From positions 4,154,001 through 4,218,000 of the forward strand of contig OX597835.1 in NCBI GenBank assembly GCA_951406725.2: DNA of 64,000 nucleotides. The letters run 5' to 3'. This stretch comes from Octopus vulgaris. Its lineage: Eukaryota. The notes below the pieces were generated by a model. That model had not been told where the DNA came from and made no database searches. It saw nothing but the letters and a program-made list of their open reading frames with translations. Shown piece by piece: positions 41,326 to 55,464 of this stretch; within the stretch, counting starts at the first letter, position 1; the number at the start of each line of letters is the position of its first letter. Position numbers and translations under genes: made by a program.

Positions 41326-42436
41326 GCGTGTGTGCTATACATATGTATATGCTATACATACGCACAGACACATAGACATGTATATATGTGTACACACACA
41401 GAGTCTTAATCCGTCAGTAGACTTAATCCTTCACTCATCTTTGCATCATCACTTGGTCCTGGGGTTCCTTTATCCAGACATTAGGGAGGGACAAGTCCCA
41501 TGTTGTTGGAGGCTGACATCTTCTCTTCCAGTCAGTTGTCTCGGAGACACAGAAAAAGAAAAGAGGATTCTGGGCTGCGACCCTTTCCTCTCTGATTAAA
41601 GGGTAAAATATGTGTGTGTGTGTGTGTCCGCGGCCATGGCCAAGTGATTAAGAAGTTCGCTCCGCAACCATGAGGTACTCGGTTCGATCTCAAAGCGTAG
41701 GTTATTGGTCACGTGACGTGACTTGTTATCACAGCACCGGAACGAGTCAAACAATTAGAGCAGAACTAAAAATAGGTCGTGTGTCTGAAAGCTCCATCAC
41801 ATATCTGTAATTCGAAGATCTAACCGTACCCAACACACTGTGACAAACTGAATCTATTTGAAGGGTTCTTTAATTATGCTAATTCACAGAATAATTAATT
41901 TCATTGATCGAACTGAATATTCATTACTGAAAGTGACGGAGGATCCATTTATTGTAACATCCTTGTGTAGACAAACACGACGGGGATGGTTGCACTACAT
42001 AATACAAAAATAGCGAAAGAAATGGATCTCGGTCGGTTTCGACGATCAGGATTCAGTTATTCTCTCAACTGAATTATTCGATCAACTGAGTAAATAAGAG
42101 GCCGAGTATCCCTCAGACATGTGTATCTTTAATGTTATTCTCACGTTGAATCAGTGTGACAAGGTTGTACCCTTTACAATATAGGTTTAATTCACTGGGT
42201 GGGCTTCCGCACATTTTCCGTCTCCTCGTTTTCAGTCATTAAGGCAAGGGTTGACCTGAGGCTATGGTAATTGACATTTGCCCTGAATTCTAAGCGGTGA
42301 GATCGAACTCGGTGCCTGGTAATTGCTAACCGAACTTCTCTCCCATTCGTCCATTGAGTAGACACGAACTGTAGACGAAACATCGCTTGATGAAGTAGAG
42401 TCCGTCTCCTTCTGAAGCTGAGAGAGAGAGAGACAG

Positions 42437-42518
<82 letters not shown>

Positions 42519-43719
42519 GAAAACAATGACAGAGGAAGAGAGGGATGAAGAGAGAGAGGAAGAGAGAAAGAGAAAAGTCAGAGAGAGAATAAGAGAGAAT
42601 GAGAGAGAGAGAGAAGGTGAGAGAAAGTGAGAAAGGAGAGAAAGAGACTGAGAGAGAGAGAGGGGGAGAAAGAGAAAGAGTCAGAAAGAGAGAGAAAGAA
42701 AATCAGCGAGTGAGAGAGAGAGAATGGGGGAGAAGGAGAGAAAGTAGGAGAGAGAGAGAGAAACAAAGATAGAGATAGTGTGTGTGCGTGAGTGTGTGTG
42801 GTGTGTGTGAGAGAGAAAGAAAGCGAAATGACGCCGTATCATCGGAAACCCGACACCTTATAATGTCCGCTCGCCACAAAAATTGAGGTAAAAGAATAAA
42901 TAAAAATAAACGTCCATTGAAACGGCTACGAGAGGAGGGTGGGTGGGAAGGTGGATATACATACATACATATATATATATATATCGAGGGAAGGGTGGGG
43001 GTTAGTAGTAAAGAGAGAGGGTGTTCTACCACCACCCTCGCCCTCTCACTTTTACTAATTGGCGACTATTTTCCTCTTTCTGTGTGTAAAGAGTTATCAC
43101 TTTTATAAATGTGTGGTCGTTGTGTCGCAATAAAACATTAACGGGACGGCTGGTGGTGATGGTGGTGGTGGGGGAGGGATGATGATAGCGGGGGTGGTGC
43201 TGTTAGTTGTCTGTGTTGTGTGGGGGGAGGGGAGGGGAAGTACGACAGTGGATGACGGTAGATGGCGCTGTGTTTCGGTTGTAAGACACGATAGTTTCAT
43301 ACAAGAAAAAAATCCTTCGATCGATAGTTGTCAGACGATCGAATTAATTGCATAACATTTTCGAGATAGAAAGAATCCGTCAATGGGTGATTTGTCGCTC
43401 TGATGACACCGAGCAGTGGCAGCCCAACTCCTCCTCCGGTTTTCCTCATCCCCCCCCCAAAAAAAAAGCGAAAATCTTTGTCCAGTAAGTTTAGAAAGAA
43501 CGTGCAACTTTTAAAACACCGGTCGCCGGCACTTTTTTGTAGCCAGAGGTGGTTGTAAGCAACTAAAGAAAACAGCGAGGTACGGATGGCGGGATTGAAA
43601 CAAAGATCTCTGACTTCATCTGCTGCCGATTCAACCATCAACGCCCTCTGTCTGGATTTATAAGGAAATAAAACCGGGTCCGCTCTATGGCGACAATGTG
43701 CTGTTGTTGTTGTTGCTGT

Positions 43720-44090
43720 TGAGCGAACGGTCTTCGTGCCAGAGCTCGCAAGATGGGAGAAGTCCGAAACGTGGTCCCTTGCTATTCGTAAGACCCGCAG
43801 AAGAGAAAGCAGGTCAACCTCCGACACCGAGAGCATCGACGGATGGGTGAATGCGCATCCAGGCTCAACTGTTGCGTAGGAAGTCAGGGACGAGAAACAG
43901 GAAGAAAGAGTGAGAGAAAGCTGGAGCGAAAATGTACAAACAGAGGTCACCACCACGTCCTGCCGGAGCATCGTTGAGCTTTAGGTGTTTTCGCTCAATA
44001 AACACACACAACGCCCGGTCTGGGAATCGAAACTGCGATCCTCCGACCGCGAGTCCGCTGCCCTAACCATTGGACCATTGCACCTCCACT
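43720..44090 (-). mobile_element. SINE C with a distinct tail (T3)
   Basis: Family C head and body at 43885-44090; 43720-43885 is unrelated to T1 or T2; flanked by (GTT)n. Confidence 0.8.
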
Positions 44091-45540
44091 GTTGTTGTTG
44101 TGTATGGGTGTGTAAAGACTCACAGCCAGATTCTGGTTCAAACTTTGTCTCAAGATAAACAAATCAAGGATCCTTCGTCGTTTTCGACGATGACTGAGTT
44201 AAATGAGTCACTGATTTCGTAGTGGTTGAGTATCCTACACATACATGAGTCCTTAATGTAGTCCCCAGGTTGATCAAGGCTATCAGTACTCCTCGTTTGA
44301 ATTACTGCTACTATCCGTCTGCCAGGCTTCCTTACAGTTTCTATCTATCCAGTTTCACTCACGATGTTTTGCTCGACCTGATCTGTTGTGCTTCGCCGTG
44401 GGTTCGAACCTCGTATGTCATGACTAAGGATGGAACTTCTTAACACTTAAACCCCACCCCATGGTAACTGAATGTTTAACCCCAGGAAAGCCCTCATTGA
44501 CAAACCTTTGGCCAAAACTGTTCAAGGCCATTACTATTTTATCAAATCGCCAAAACTACGTCCTTCTTAGACAGTAGGCCGTGATCGAAGGCAAAGTGAT
44601 ATCTAGCTTATGTTTCTAGTAGTTAGAAAGACCAGCTAAACGTTTCCTCGTGCGTTTGTTTGAATCTGACTTGTCCTTAAGACCCAAATCAATCTTCGCC
44701 TCTGTTCAAAGACGTTCTATCTATGACCATCCTATAGTAATTCTTTATCAAAGGCTACAAAATATATGACTCCCTTTTAAAGATGCTATGACGTTAGTTG
44801 AGGTGGGGATTTGGCTACTATTTCTAACGGGTCACGCCTCCTTCGTTTGGAGTCCTGAGTCCTAGACTCGTTGATTGGGAGAGCAAGGGTGAGGGTGAAA
44901 TGTTAAAATAATGCTGGGCATGGAGGGGGGTGTCGTGTCTGGCGGAGAGTGGCGGAGGGAAGAGGTTATTTGCCAGGGGCGGAACCAACAACAACAACAA
45001 CAACAACAGCAGCAGCAGCAACGGCAGCAACGGCAACAGCCACGAGAGCTACAACAGTGACGTCACCTGCTAATGTAAACTGACTTTAAACCGATCCATC
45101 AATCTATGGCTGCCATTTCATCTCATTATCGTTCGTTGTTGTTGTTGTTGCTATTGTTGTTGTTGCTGTTGTTGTTGTTGTTATTGTTTGTTGCTGCGTT
45201 GTTAGCGGTGGTCGTCGCCGTCATGGTGTCGTCAGTGAATGAAAGAAGTCGGATTGTTAAAACGACGGGAAGCGGGGGGGGGGGGGAGTCGTGATGATGA
45301 TGATGGAGGTGGGGATGGAGGTAAACCTTGAATAATGATGGTGGTGGTGCTGGTGACGGGATAAGCATAGTTATGATGGTGGTGAGGGTGGTATTAGTTG
45401 GTGGTGGTGGTCACGGAATAGTCGTGGTGGTAGCGGTGGAAGGGGGCTGAACTGTCCTGAATTGAGAGTTACGGGTAGTGTTGTTGTTGATTGTTGATTT
45501 ATATCTGTGTCCACACACACACACACACACACACACACAT

Positions 45541-45578
<38 letters not shown>

Positions 45579-46143
45579 ACCACACATACACACACCACAC
45601 AGCCATTCACGCGCACAGAGAAGGAAATGGCGAATATGAATATTATTTGTTGTTTGTTAACGCCTCGAATATAAGAATACAAGACTCATACATAAACTCA
45701 CACAGGGCACCAATACATTCAGGACCTCAGCCATTCAGGATTAGCTATGTCTCTTCCTATGGAAAGTCCCAGTTGAGGAGAACCCTCGGCTTGGGAAAGG
45801 GTTTTGTGGCTTTGGAGGAAGGCTAGTTTTTGCGGCTTTTGAGTAAGGTCCATATAATAAGTCCCCGCTCTCTTTATCTCACTGAAAGACGATACGACTT
45901 AGCAATGTTGTTTGCTATCACAGATGAATTCAGGTCGGAAATGGAACGAAATTGGAACAAAACCACGTGATATTTCGCCCATCATTTCACCAATCCTACC
46001 AATTCGACGCTGTGGACCGGAATCATATATTACAGGAACCGGGAGGAAGAAAGGCATCATGGACATCTGTGGTATTTGAACTCAGAACTTGAAGAACCTG
46101 AGTAAATATCGCAAAACTAACAATTCTGGCCATTCACCACCTT

Positions 46144-46519
46144 GTGTGGAAGCACTCTGTCGGTTACGACGACGAGGGTTCCGGTTGATCCGAATCAACG
46201 GAACAGCCTGCTCGTGAAATTAACGTGTAAGTGGCTGAGCACTCCACAGACACGTGTACCCTTAACGTAGTTCTCGGGGACACAGAGAGTGACAAGGCCG
46301 GCCCTTTGAAATACAGGTACAACAGAAACAGGAAGTAAGAGTGAGAGAAAGTTGTGGTGAAAGAGTACAGCAGGGATCACCACCATCTCCTGCCGGAGCC
46401 TCGTGGAGCTTTAGGTGTTTTCGCTCAATAAACACTCACAACACCCGGTCTGGGAATCGAAACCGCGATCCTACGACCGCGAGTCCGCTGCCCTAACCAC
46501 TGGGCCATTGCGCCTCCAC
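46144..46519 (-). mobile_element. SINE C with tail T2, 10-bp TSD
   Basis: TCACCACCTT at 46134-46143 and 46520-46529; inserted at the head of an old SINE A copy (about 45990-46143). Confidence 0.9.
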
Positions 46520-46993
46520 TCACCACCTTACATAGATGATAGATGACCGTCCCAACTCTTTGTATATAACTCACCGCAATGCCTAATGTGTCCTTCATAG
46601 TTTAAGATGGCGGCTACGACTAAAGGAACTTTGATGCTATTTCTAGCTTATAAGCTCCCTCGTTAGCCCAAGTTGTAGCATCACCATGTTGTATAGTCTT
46701 GTTGTATCGCTCAGTTGTTGTTGCTGTTGTATAACCGCGTATTGCTGTACAAATGCTGTTGGTGTTGTTGTTTTGCTGCGTGGATCGTACAACTGTTGTT
46801 GTTGTTGTTAGTAGTGGTGTTAATGTACTTATAAGTTATCACGTATTTCAATTCGCTTGTTTATTGAGGAATGTTGATTATTTTAAGATTAATCAGTGTA
46901 GTTAATTAATTAAACGAGGTGGATCTATCTAACGGTTTCTTTTTTCACTCAATAAAGTCACAGTTGTAAACACAGCGCCCTCCACAGCAAACC

Positions 46994-47215
46994 TCTTTTA
47001 CTCTTTTACTTGTTTCAGTCATTTGACTGTGGCCATGCTGGAGCACCGCTTTTAGTCGAGCAAATCGACCCCAGGACTTATCCTTTGTAAGCCTAGTACT
47101 TATTCTATCGGTCTTTCTTGCCGAACCGCTAAGTTACGGGGACGCAGACACACCAGCATCGGTTGTCGAACGATGTTGGTGGAGGGACAAACACAAACAC
47201 ACAGACATATACATA
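46994..47215 (-). mobile_element. SINE B 3' half
   Basis: CTCTTTTACTTGTTTCAGTCATTTGACTG...CCAGCATCGGTTGTC. Confidence 0.88.
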
Positions 47216-47217
47216 TA

Positions 47218-47260
<43 letters not shown>

Positions 47261-47271
<11 letters not shown>

Positions 47272-47479
47272 TAACTTAGAGACAAAACCACTATTAGGCA
47301 AATCAAACAATGAAAAACTTAAGCCAATACATATGATTTTTCATTTTTTCATTTTTTCATTGTTTGATTTGCCTAATAGTGGTTTTGTCTCTAATTTAAT
47401 ATAATATAATATTTTACTATAAAATTGGATTCAATCCTAAATCTGGTTTTTTCCCTGTAAGTTTGGATTTATTCCCTAA

Positions 47480-47483
<4 letters not shown>
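47261..47483. mobile_element. Fold-back insert in a (TA)n tract
   Basis: Arms at about 47265-47317 and 47353-47405 are inverted repeats with one mismatch; a single-copy extension runs to 47483. Confidence 0.75.
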
Positions 47484-47570
<87 letters not shown>

Positions 47571-47960
47571 ATATATAAGCATATATATATGTGTGTGTGT
47601 ATATATATATATATACATGTATACATGTATGTATGCATATACATATACATATATGTGTATATGTATTGATATAAAGATGCATACACACATACATGTGTAT
47701 GTGCATGTGTTCATTAAACTTCGAAGTCACTACCGACCTTTTTCTTGTAAAAGTTTAAATGGCATGTACCTTATATAGAAAGTATTGAGAAAACCCTTCA
47801 GTTTAAACCGTTTTATATATATATGGTCCTTTATGTGGGCACACCGCTTATACATACGTACATGCATACATACATGCATACATGCAAACATTCATGCATG
47901 CATATTTGTGTGTACGTATTAATACATCATTTTTGTACATGAATATACTATAACACTTTA

Positions 47961-48127
<167 letters not shown>

Positions 48128-48236
48128 ATATATATATGTATATATATATATATCGTTCCTTTGGAAAAAGGAGTAGGTGTCGTTATACATGTACGTACAT
48201 ACATAATAACACCAAAAAATTTATAATAAAATAATA

Positions 48237-48306
<70 letters not shown>

Positions 48307-48666
48307 GGATATTAATGATAAATTTGGGGAAGATATTTTGAATGCCAAAAAGTGCGCTATCGTGTGATTAGATTTATAACTGCGAAGAAGCATAAAACAA
48401 GAGACAGAAAAAGGAGGGGAAAAAAAATCCAAGATGGACGTTTGTGTTTTGGTTTTTGTTCCGCGTAAACTGGAGAATAACAACAATAGATGTTTTATAG
48501 ACTTACTAGAAAACAATCCTAGAGACACACAAACATGCATAAACAAACACCCATCTACATCCCATATTATCTATACACACACATATACATACCCATATAT
48601 ATATATATGTTTATTTATATATATATATATATATATATAAATAAACATATATACATATATGGGTAT

Positions 48667-48701
<35 letters not shown>

Positions 48702-48728
48702 ATTATATATATATATATGCATGTATGC

Positions 48729-48765
<37 letters not shown>

Positions 48766-48941
48766 CAGACAGATAATAGATAGATAGGGAGAGAGGGAGC
48801 GGGTGAGAGAGAAAGATCCATACACACACATTTTTATGTACATATTGCATACATGCAACCGCATACATACATAATAAAGAGACGCACATGATGCGTGTAC
48901 ATATGCATGTGTGTATATCAGTCTTTCTATATTTATGTGTT

Positions 48942-48986
<45 letters not shown>

Positions 48987-49035
48987 ATATATTTATACAT
49001 ATAATTTCAAAACAATGTAAGCCCACTTCGACATG

Positions 49036-49067
<32 letters not shown>

Positions 49068-49068
<1 letters not shown>

Positions 49069-49720
49069 GAGTAAATTTTAAAAAATCAATAAAATAACAC
49101 AAAAACATCAAATATGACGACTACAGTATTGGTTTATCATCTGAAATGAGCACTTGAAGTATCGTGGTGTTTCGGACGTTTTTCCTTCTTCAGAAAAGAA
49201 TTAAAAGGAAACATAGTGTAAGAAAGAAAGAAAGAGAGATTAAGGGCGATAGAGAAATAACGCAGGTGGAAGGTGAATGGCTAAAAGCTAGGAGGAACGC
49301 CGTTGTATAAAGGATAGTCAAGAAAGAAAGTGAGGGGCATTGGTTCAGGGGAGTGACAGGAATGAGGTGGAGGAGCTAAAAGAGTTGCATGCATGCTTAA
49401 AGGATTGAAAGAATGAGAGTAGGAAGAAATAGGAAGTGATGTGATGCATTTAAGACAGTGGAAGAGGCGGTGGTGTGTCAGAGGCAGACGCAAGTGTAAG
49501 ACTGAGGTGTGTTACACGAACGGACCCAGGAAAGGCTGGATTAGATAAGGGTGGCTGGGTGACCGTGTCGATTAATTAGACCGGCCATGTGTTGACTGTT
49601 TCAAAGCTAGTATTGCGGTTACAGAGACAGCGGGGGTGGAAAGATTTTGCATAAAAGCAGGGTGAGGGGTTATGTTGATGTGAGAAAGAACAATCAAAAC
49701 GGGTGTAAAAATTGGGGGCT
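49068..49720 (-). mobile_element. Degenerate Penelope-like element 3' part
   Basis: Minus strand gives broken KIFPPP..ILALKQS..PGS..CNTPQSYTC (PLE linker Cys motif-like), followed by a hammerhead-like CTGAAGA-AGG..CC-GAAAC (49170-49193), ending at (TG)n. Confidence 0.5.
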
Positions 49721-50148
49721 TTATAGAGAACAGTAGGAGAGACATCCCATGAAAAGAGGTTTCAAAGGTAGAGAAGTTGAAATGAAGAGTGATGGGGTTT
49801 AGATCATCGCAGGGAAAGATTCCGGCGTCACTGTAGCAGTCATGTAACTTTAGTGTGTTCCCAGTGAACAGTGAATATCAAATGTGCAGCCAGCGAATTG
49901 GTTACTCAATGAAATCAATGATTAAATTAGCATAGATCGGGGCTATATTTGTACCCATGTTTACCCAGTACAATGTTGATAAACTAATAAATCTCATACG
50001 TAAAGAACACTAAATAAAATTAAGAACGAGTTCAGCTAAACGAAGGAGGGTATAAATGTTATGGCAAAGAATGGTAGAGTTCGAGAAAGTGATGTAGGGC
50101 GCGAAGAACTTCATCATAAGGACTGATGGAATACAGGGACATGATATA

Positions 50149-50280
50149 CAGGGTGTCCAAAAAAATTGCCATAATTTCTTCCCCTAATAACATGAACAAT
50201 TTTTGTCCAAATTGTCTCAAATTTTAACAGAATTGAATACATTTTTAAAATATGATCTTTCGTATGTTTTTCTTTTAGAA
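50149..50280 (+). mobile_element. Possible Tc1/mariner-type terminus
   Basis: TA followed by CAGGGTGTCCAAAAAA; no partner TIR found. Confidence 0.35.
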
Positions 50281-50287
50281 TTAGACA

Positions 50288-50466
50288 CAGTGTGTGACAA
50301 GGCTTGCCCTTTGAAATAAAAGTATAACTCATTTTGCCAGCTGAGTGGACTGGAACAACGTGAAATAAAGTGTCTTGCTCAAAGACACAATGCGTTGTCG
50401 GGAACTGAACTCAGGACCTTACAATGGTGAGCCGAATGCCCTGACCACTAAGCCACGCGCCTTCAC
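50288..50466 (-). mobile_element. SINE D with partial tail T2
   Basis: GACAAGGCTTGCCCTTTGAAAT..CCAGCTGAGTGGACTGG..ACCACTAAGCCACGCGCC. Confidence 0.85.
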
Positions 50467-50508
<42 letters not shown>

Positions 50509-51397
50509 CAACAACACCAACAACAAATCTTCTCCAAATCTCGAACGCCATTGAAAGTACGTATATAAACGTTGATCCAGTCTAGCTGTGTAGATACAGA
50601 CGTAAAGTCAGTTGTATAAATCGTGTGTGTAGATGCAGGGAAATCTCACAAACTTCGAAATATATCACCATTTACTTTTAACACTTGTCAGTGTCGGAGT
50701 GAGAGAAGCTTTTTTCTGTTTTTCTGTTTTTTGTCAAAAAAAAATATAAAAACGAAATTCAGAAAAAAAAAAAAAGATTCTCGTTTCTTTTTCCTTCAAT
50801 TCTTCACGAAAAAAAATAAAAGAAAGAAATTCTTTCTTCGTATCTTTTAACTTCCAGTTTTGTCACTTTTTAAAGACTTTTTTTTTTAAAAAAAAGAATA
50901 CTTTCCCATATTTTCAATTATTTATTGTTTTATTTTCAACTGGTTTTCTTTTCTCCTCAAACTTTAGTCATCACTCGTCGTCACTCGTCGTCACTCCAGC
51001 GAAATATTTCCTCATCTTTAACCGTCCTCATTCTCTCCTTTTTTCTCTCCTTTCTCATTTATCATTAAATATCTTCCAATTCCTCTCTCTCTCTCTCTCT
51101 CTCTCTCTCCTTCTGGGTTCTTTTGTTTTTAATTTTTCCTGGACTTTTCTTTACTCTTTCTGTCTCTATCTTTATGATTCTCTCTCACTCACCACCCCTC
51201 CTTCTTTCTGTCTCTGTCTCTGTCTCTCTGTCTCTGTCTCTCTGTCTCTGTCTCTGTCTCTCTGTCTCTGTCTCTGTCTCTCTCTCGCTCTCCCTCTCTC
51301 ACTCTCTCTCTCTGTGTCTGTCTGTCTGTCTGTCTGTCTCTGTCTCGTCTTATCCTTTTTTCCATCTTTTCTCTTCTACACAGTCGTCGTCATCCCG

Positions 51398-51582
51398 ACC
51401 ACCACCGCCACCACCACCGCCACCACCACCGCCACCACCACCGCCACCACCACCGCCACCACCACCGCCACCACCACCGCCACCACCACCGCCACCACCA
51501 CCGCCACCACCACCGCCACCACCACCGCCACCACCACCGCCACCACCACCGCCACCACTACCGCCGCCACCACCACCACCAC
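51398..51582 (+). repeat. 12-bp higher-order repeat [(ACC)3 GCC]n
   Basis: CCACCACCACCG repeated about 14 times. Confidence 0.95.
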
Positions 51583-51850
51583 CTAACTAACCCTGCTGTC
51601 TCCAAATGCAACACTTTCCTTCTTTATGAAACACTTCAGCTTCTTTTTTTCTGCAGGAAAAGAGCAAAACAAACAAAACAAACAAAAAACGTAAGAAAAC
51701 ATAAATATATAAAAAAACAAACTCGTTATTTAATAGATATTCTTTCAGTGAAGTTGCTCTTTTCACAATGGAATACTTTTCCTCTCTTCTGCCTCATTGC
51801 GTATATATGTATATGAGAGTTGTGTGTCTAGTGATTACATACATACATAC

Positions 51851-51888
<38 letters not shown>

Positions 51889-51892
<4 letters not shown>

Positions 51893-52053
51893 CGCAGGAG
51901 GGGCTGTGTGGTAAGTAGTTTGCTAACCAACCACATGGTTCCGGGTTCAGTCCCATTGCATGGCATCTTGGGCAAGTGTCTTCTACTATAGCCTCGGGCC
52001 GACCAAAGCCTTGTGAGTGGATTTGGTAGATGGAAACTGAAAGAAGCCCGTCG

Positions 52054-52115
<62 letters not shown>

Positions 52116-52334
52116 TGTGTGTGTGTTTGTGTCTCTGTGTTTGTCCCCCTAGCATTGCTTGACAACCGATGCTGATGTGTTTATGTCCCCGGTTCGGCAA
52201 AAGAAACCGATAGAATAAGTACTGGACTTACAAAAGAATAAGTCCCGGGGTCGAGTTGCTCGATTAAAGGCGGTGCTCCAGCATGGCCACATTCAAATGA
52301 CTAAAACAAATAAAAGAGTAAAGAGTAAGAGAGA
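51889..52334 (+). mobile_element. SINE B
   Basis: Full head, internal (TA)n(TG)n, and tail. Confidence 0.9.
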
Positions 52335-52339
52335 GTATA

Positions 52340-52369
<30 letters not shown>

Positions 52370-52370
<1 letters not shown>

Positions 52371-52625
52371 AGGCACATAGCCTAGTGGTTAGAGCAGCGG
52401 ACTCGCGGTCGAGGGATCGCGGGTTCGAATCTCAGACCGGGCGATGTGTGTGTGTTTATGAGCGAAACACCTAAGCTTCTGCTGACTCTTTCGCCACAAC
52501 TTTCTCTCACTCTTTCCTCCTACATCTTGCAGTTCACCTGTGATGGACCGGCGTCTCGTCCAGGTGGGGAACCTATACGCCACCAAGGAAACAGGGAAAC
52601 CGGCCCTTAATTTCCAGGCATGGCT
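52370..52625 (+). mobile_element. SINE C variant
   Basis: TAGCCTAGTGGTTAGAGCAGCGGACTCGCGGTCG..GGGTTCGAATCTC; T1-related tail. Confidence 0.85.
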
Positions 52626-52630
52626 CGAGA

Positions 52631-52667
<37 letters not shown>

Positions 52668-53158
52668 TATACACATATATATACATACACATACACACAC
52701 ACTCAAATGTTTAGGCGTGTGGTCTAGTGCTTAGGATATTGAGCTTTGGGTTCACGGTTATATGGTCGTGTGTTCGAACCTTGAAGAGGCATTTTACTCC
52801 GAACTTGAACAAAGCAATTCATTTTACGCTCTTCCAGTCTGCTCAGCCGTAAATGCGTACCACCCTATTGCTGCACCTCACTTTCTTTCTCTCCTCCTCT
52901 TCGTTTCTCTTCTTCACGCTGTCACAACATCGATGTTCCAGTGACACCACGACATATATATATACTTATATGTATACACATATATCTATGTAATGCATAC
53001 ACACATACGCGAGCGCACACGCACACAATATATATATATACATACTTTACATGTACATTTTATGTAACAAGTGAATGTATTTACTATATATCTTATATAT
53101 TTCATTACATACATGAATGTGTAAACGTATTGTATGTATATATATAAATGTATATATG

Positions 53159-53254
<96 letters not shown>

Positions 53255-53494
53255 GCATGTATGTATATATAAATAATATATATGCATATATACATACATA
53301 CATATATGTACATACATACACATACATGTGTATATATTTATTAATATATGGGCACAGGATGTCACAAAACGCAAACAACATGGAATACGAAAACAAAGTT
53401 GGGTCCGCAAACATGTTTGTGTAATATATATGCATATATATCACAAATATGTTCATTTTTGAATATATACATAAACATGAATACACATGTGTGT

Positions 53495-53545
<51 letters not shown>

Positions 53546-53781
53546 TGAATGTGAAAGCGAATGAGATAAAGATGGCGATTATGAAACCGCTCGCCCCCCC
53601 CCTGCTACCCCACCCCCTGAAGCTGTTCTTTCGTGTTTTATTAGACAAAAGAGGCATATTTTAGTAAACAGTCATAAAATATCGAATGGATGTTGAATAA
53701 GTAAATTAAATGATGGTGCCGGGAAACAAATGGATATGTTTATCTAGAGTGAAGGGCTTATGTGTGTGTGTACGTACGTGA

Positions 53782-53822
<41 letters not shown>

Positions 53823-53909
53823 ATGCATAAATAAATTTATATGTATTCTTTTAAACATAAACGCATTCACACGTGTGTTAGGGTGGTTGTGTTTTGGTGT
53901 ATGTACATA

Positions 53910-54022
<113 letters not shown>

Positions 54023-54172
54023 GTATATATATATATATATATATACATATTTGTGTATGGATAACTATATGTATGTGTGTATTTAGACATATTTTTAGAC
54101 TGAGCATATCAAACTAAATACATATACATACATACACGCATGCATACATGCATGTTTGAATATATATATATA

Positions 54173-54221
<49 letters not shown>

Positions 54222-54333
54222 TATACACACACACACATCTAAATGCTTTATATAATTCAACAAACAGTAGCACAGGTGATATATGTGTGTGTATGTATAT
54301 ATGTATGTATATATATGTAAATATATACATATG

Positions 54334-54383
<50 letters not shown>

Positions 54384-55119
54384 TACATATATATGTATAT
54401 ATTTACATATATATATAAATATACATACATATATATATATACATATATACACATACATATATATATGTATACATACACATATATATATATATATACCAAA
54501 TCATGACGACAATTTGACACTGTCTTTCTTGTTTCATTTCCTCGTGATTTAAAGACGTTGGACAGTTGTCACCCTTGAAAAACAGCAAAATATGAGATGC
54601 GGGTAGCGGTGGTATATGTTGAGATACGAGGAACACCCAGTCTTGGCACCTATACCCCAACCCCCCGCCATACACTACCCACCCACCCTCCCACAGCTTA
54701 CCTTCTCACTTAGTCATTTGTTTTCTCTTTTCTCACTGTTTTTCTTTTTTCTTTTGTTCGTTTCTTTTTTTTTACCTTTGACGGGTATATTGTAATATTA
54801 TAATATATCTCTGGAGCTATATCTAAAACATTAAGTTTCCCAAATATCTCATGTCATATGCATGTGTGTAAGTATGTATGTATGTATGTATGAGTGTGTA
54901 GGCGTACGTATGTGTGTGTTTGCGCGTGTGTGCGTGTGCGTGTGTGCGTGTGCGTGTGTGAGTGTGCGTGTGTGTATGCATGTGCGGTTTGTGCGCATCT
55001 TCGTGTTATAAGCATGTGAATATATATCTTGTATACGCTTGCACACACCTCACCATATATGTATGCATATATGTGTGTGCATATCTATATCTATATATAT
55101 ATTTATACATATAAATATC

Positions 55120-55150
<31 letters not shown>

Positions 55151-55163
55151 GCATACATACACA

Positions 55164-55226
<63 letters not shown>

Positions 55227-55464
55227 GTATATATACATATATATAATTTGATAAATATGTACGCGAAACTCCTAGGCTCTTGCATAACATTTGCAAGTTT
55301 TCTGCGGATTTGGACATGTGCGTGTGTGTAAATGTATGTATGTATAAATATACACACACATATATACATACATACATACATATACACATACATATATATA
55401 TATTTATACATAAAAGAAAACATACAAATCTGCATATATACGTAAATGCATACATACAAACAAA

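Noticed and set aside
43297-43971. 224-aa minus-strand ORF
   Set aside because: It starts inside a SINE C copy, crosses simple repeats and has no recognisable domain.
46604-46614. Perfect YY1 motif AAGATGGCGGC
   Set aside because: It lies in what appears to be a degenerate repeat copy related to 44775-44835; no other promoter evidence.
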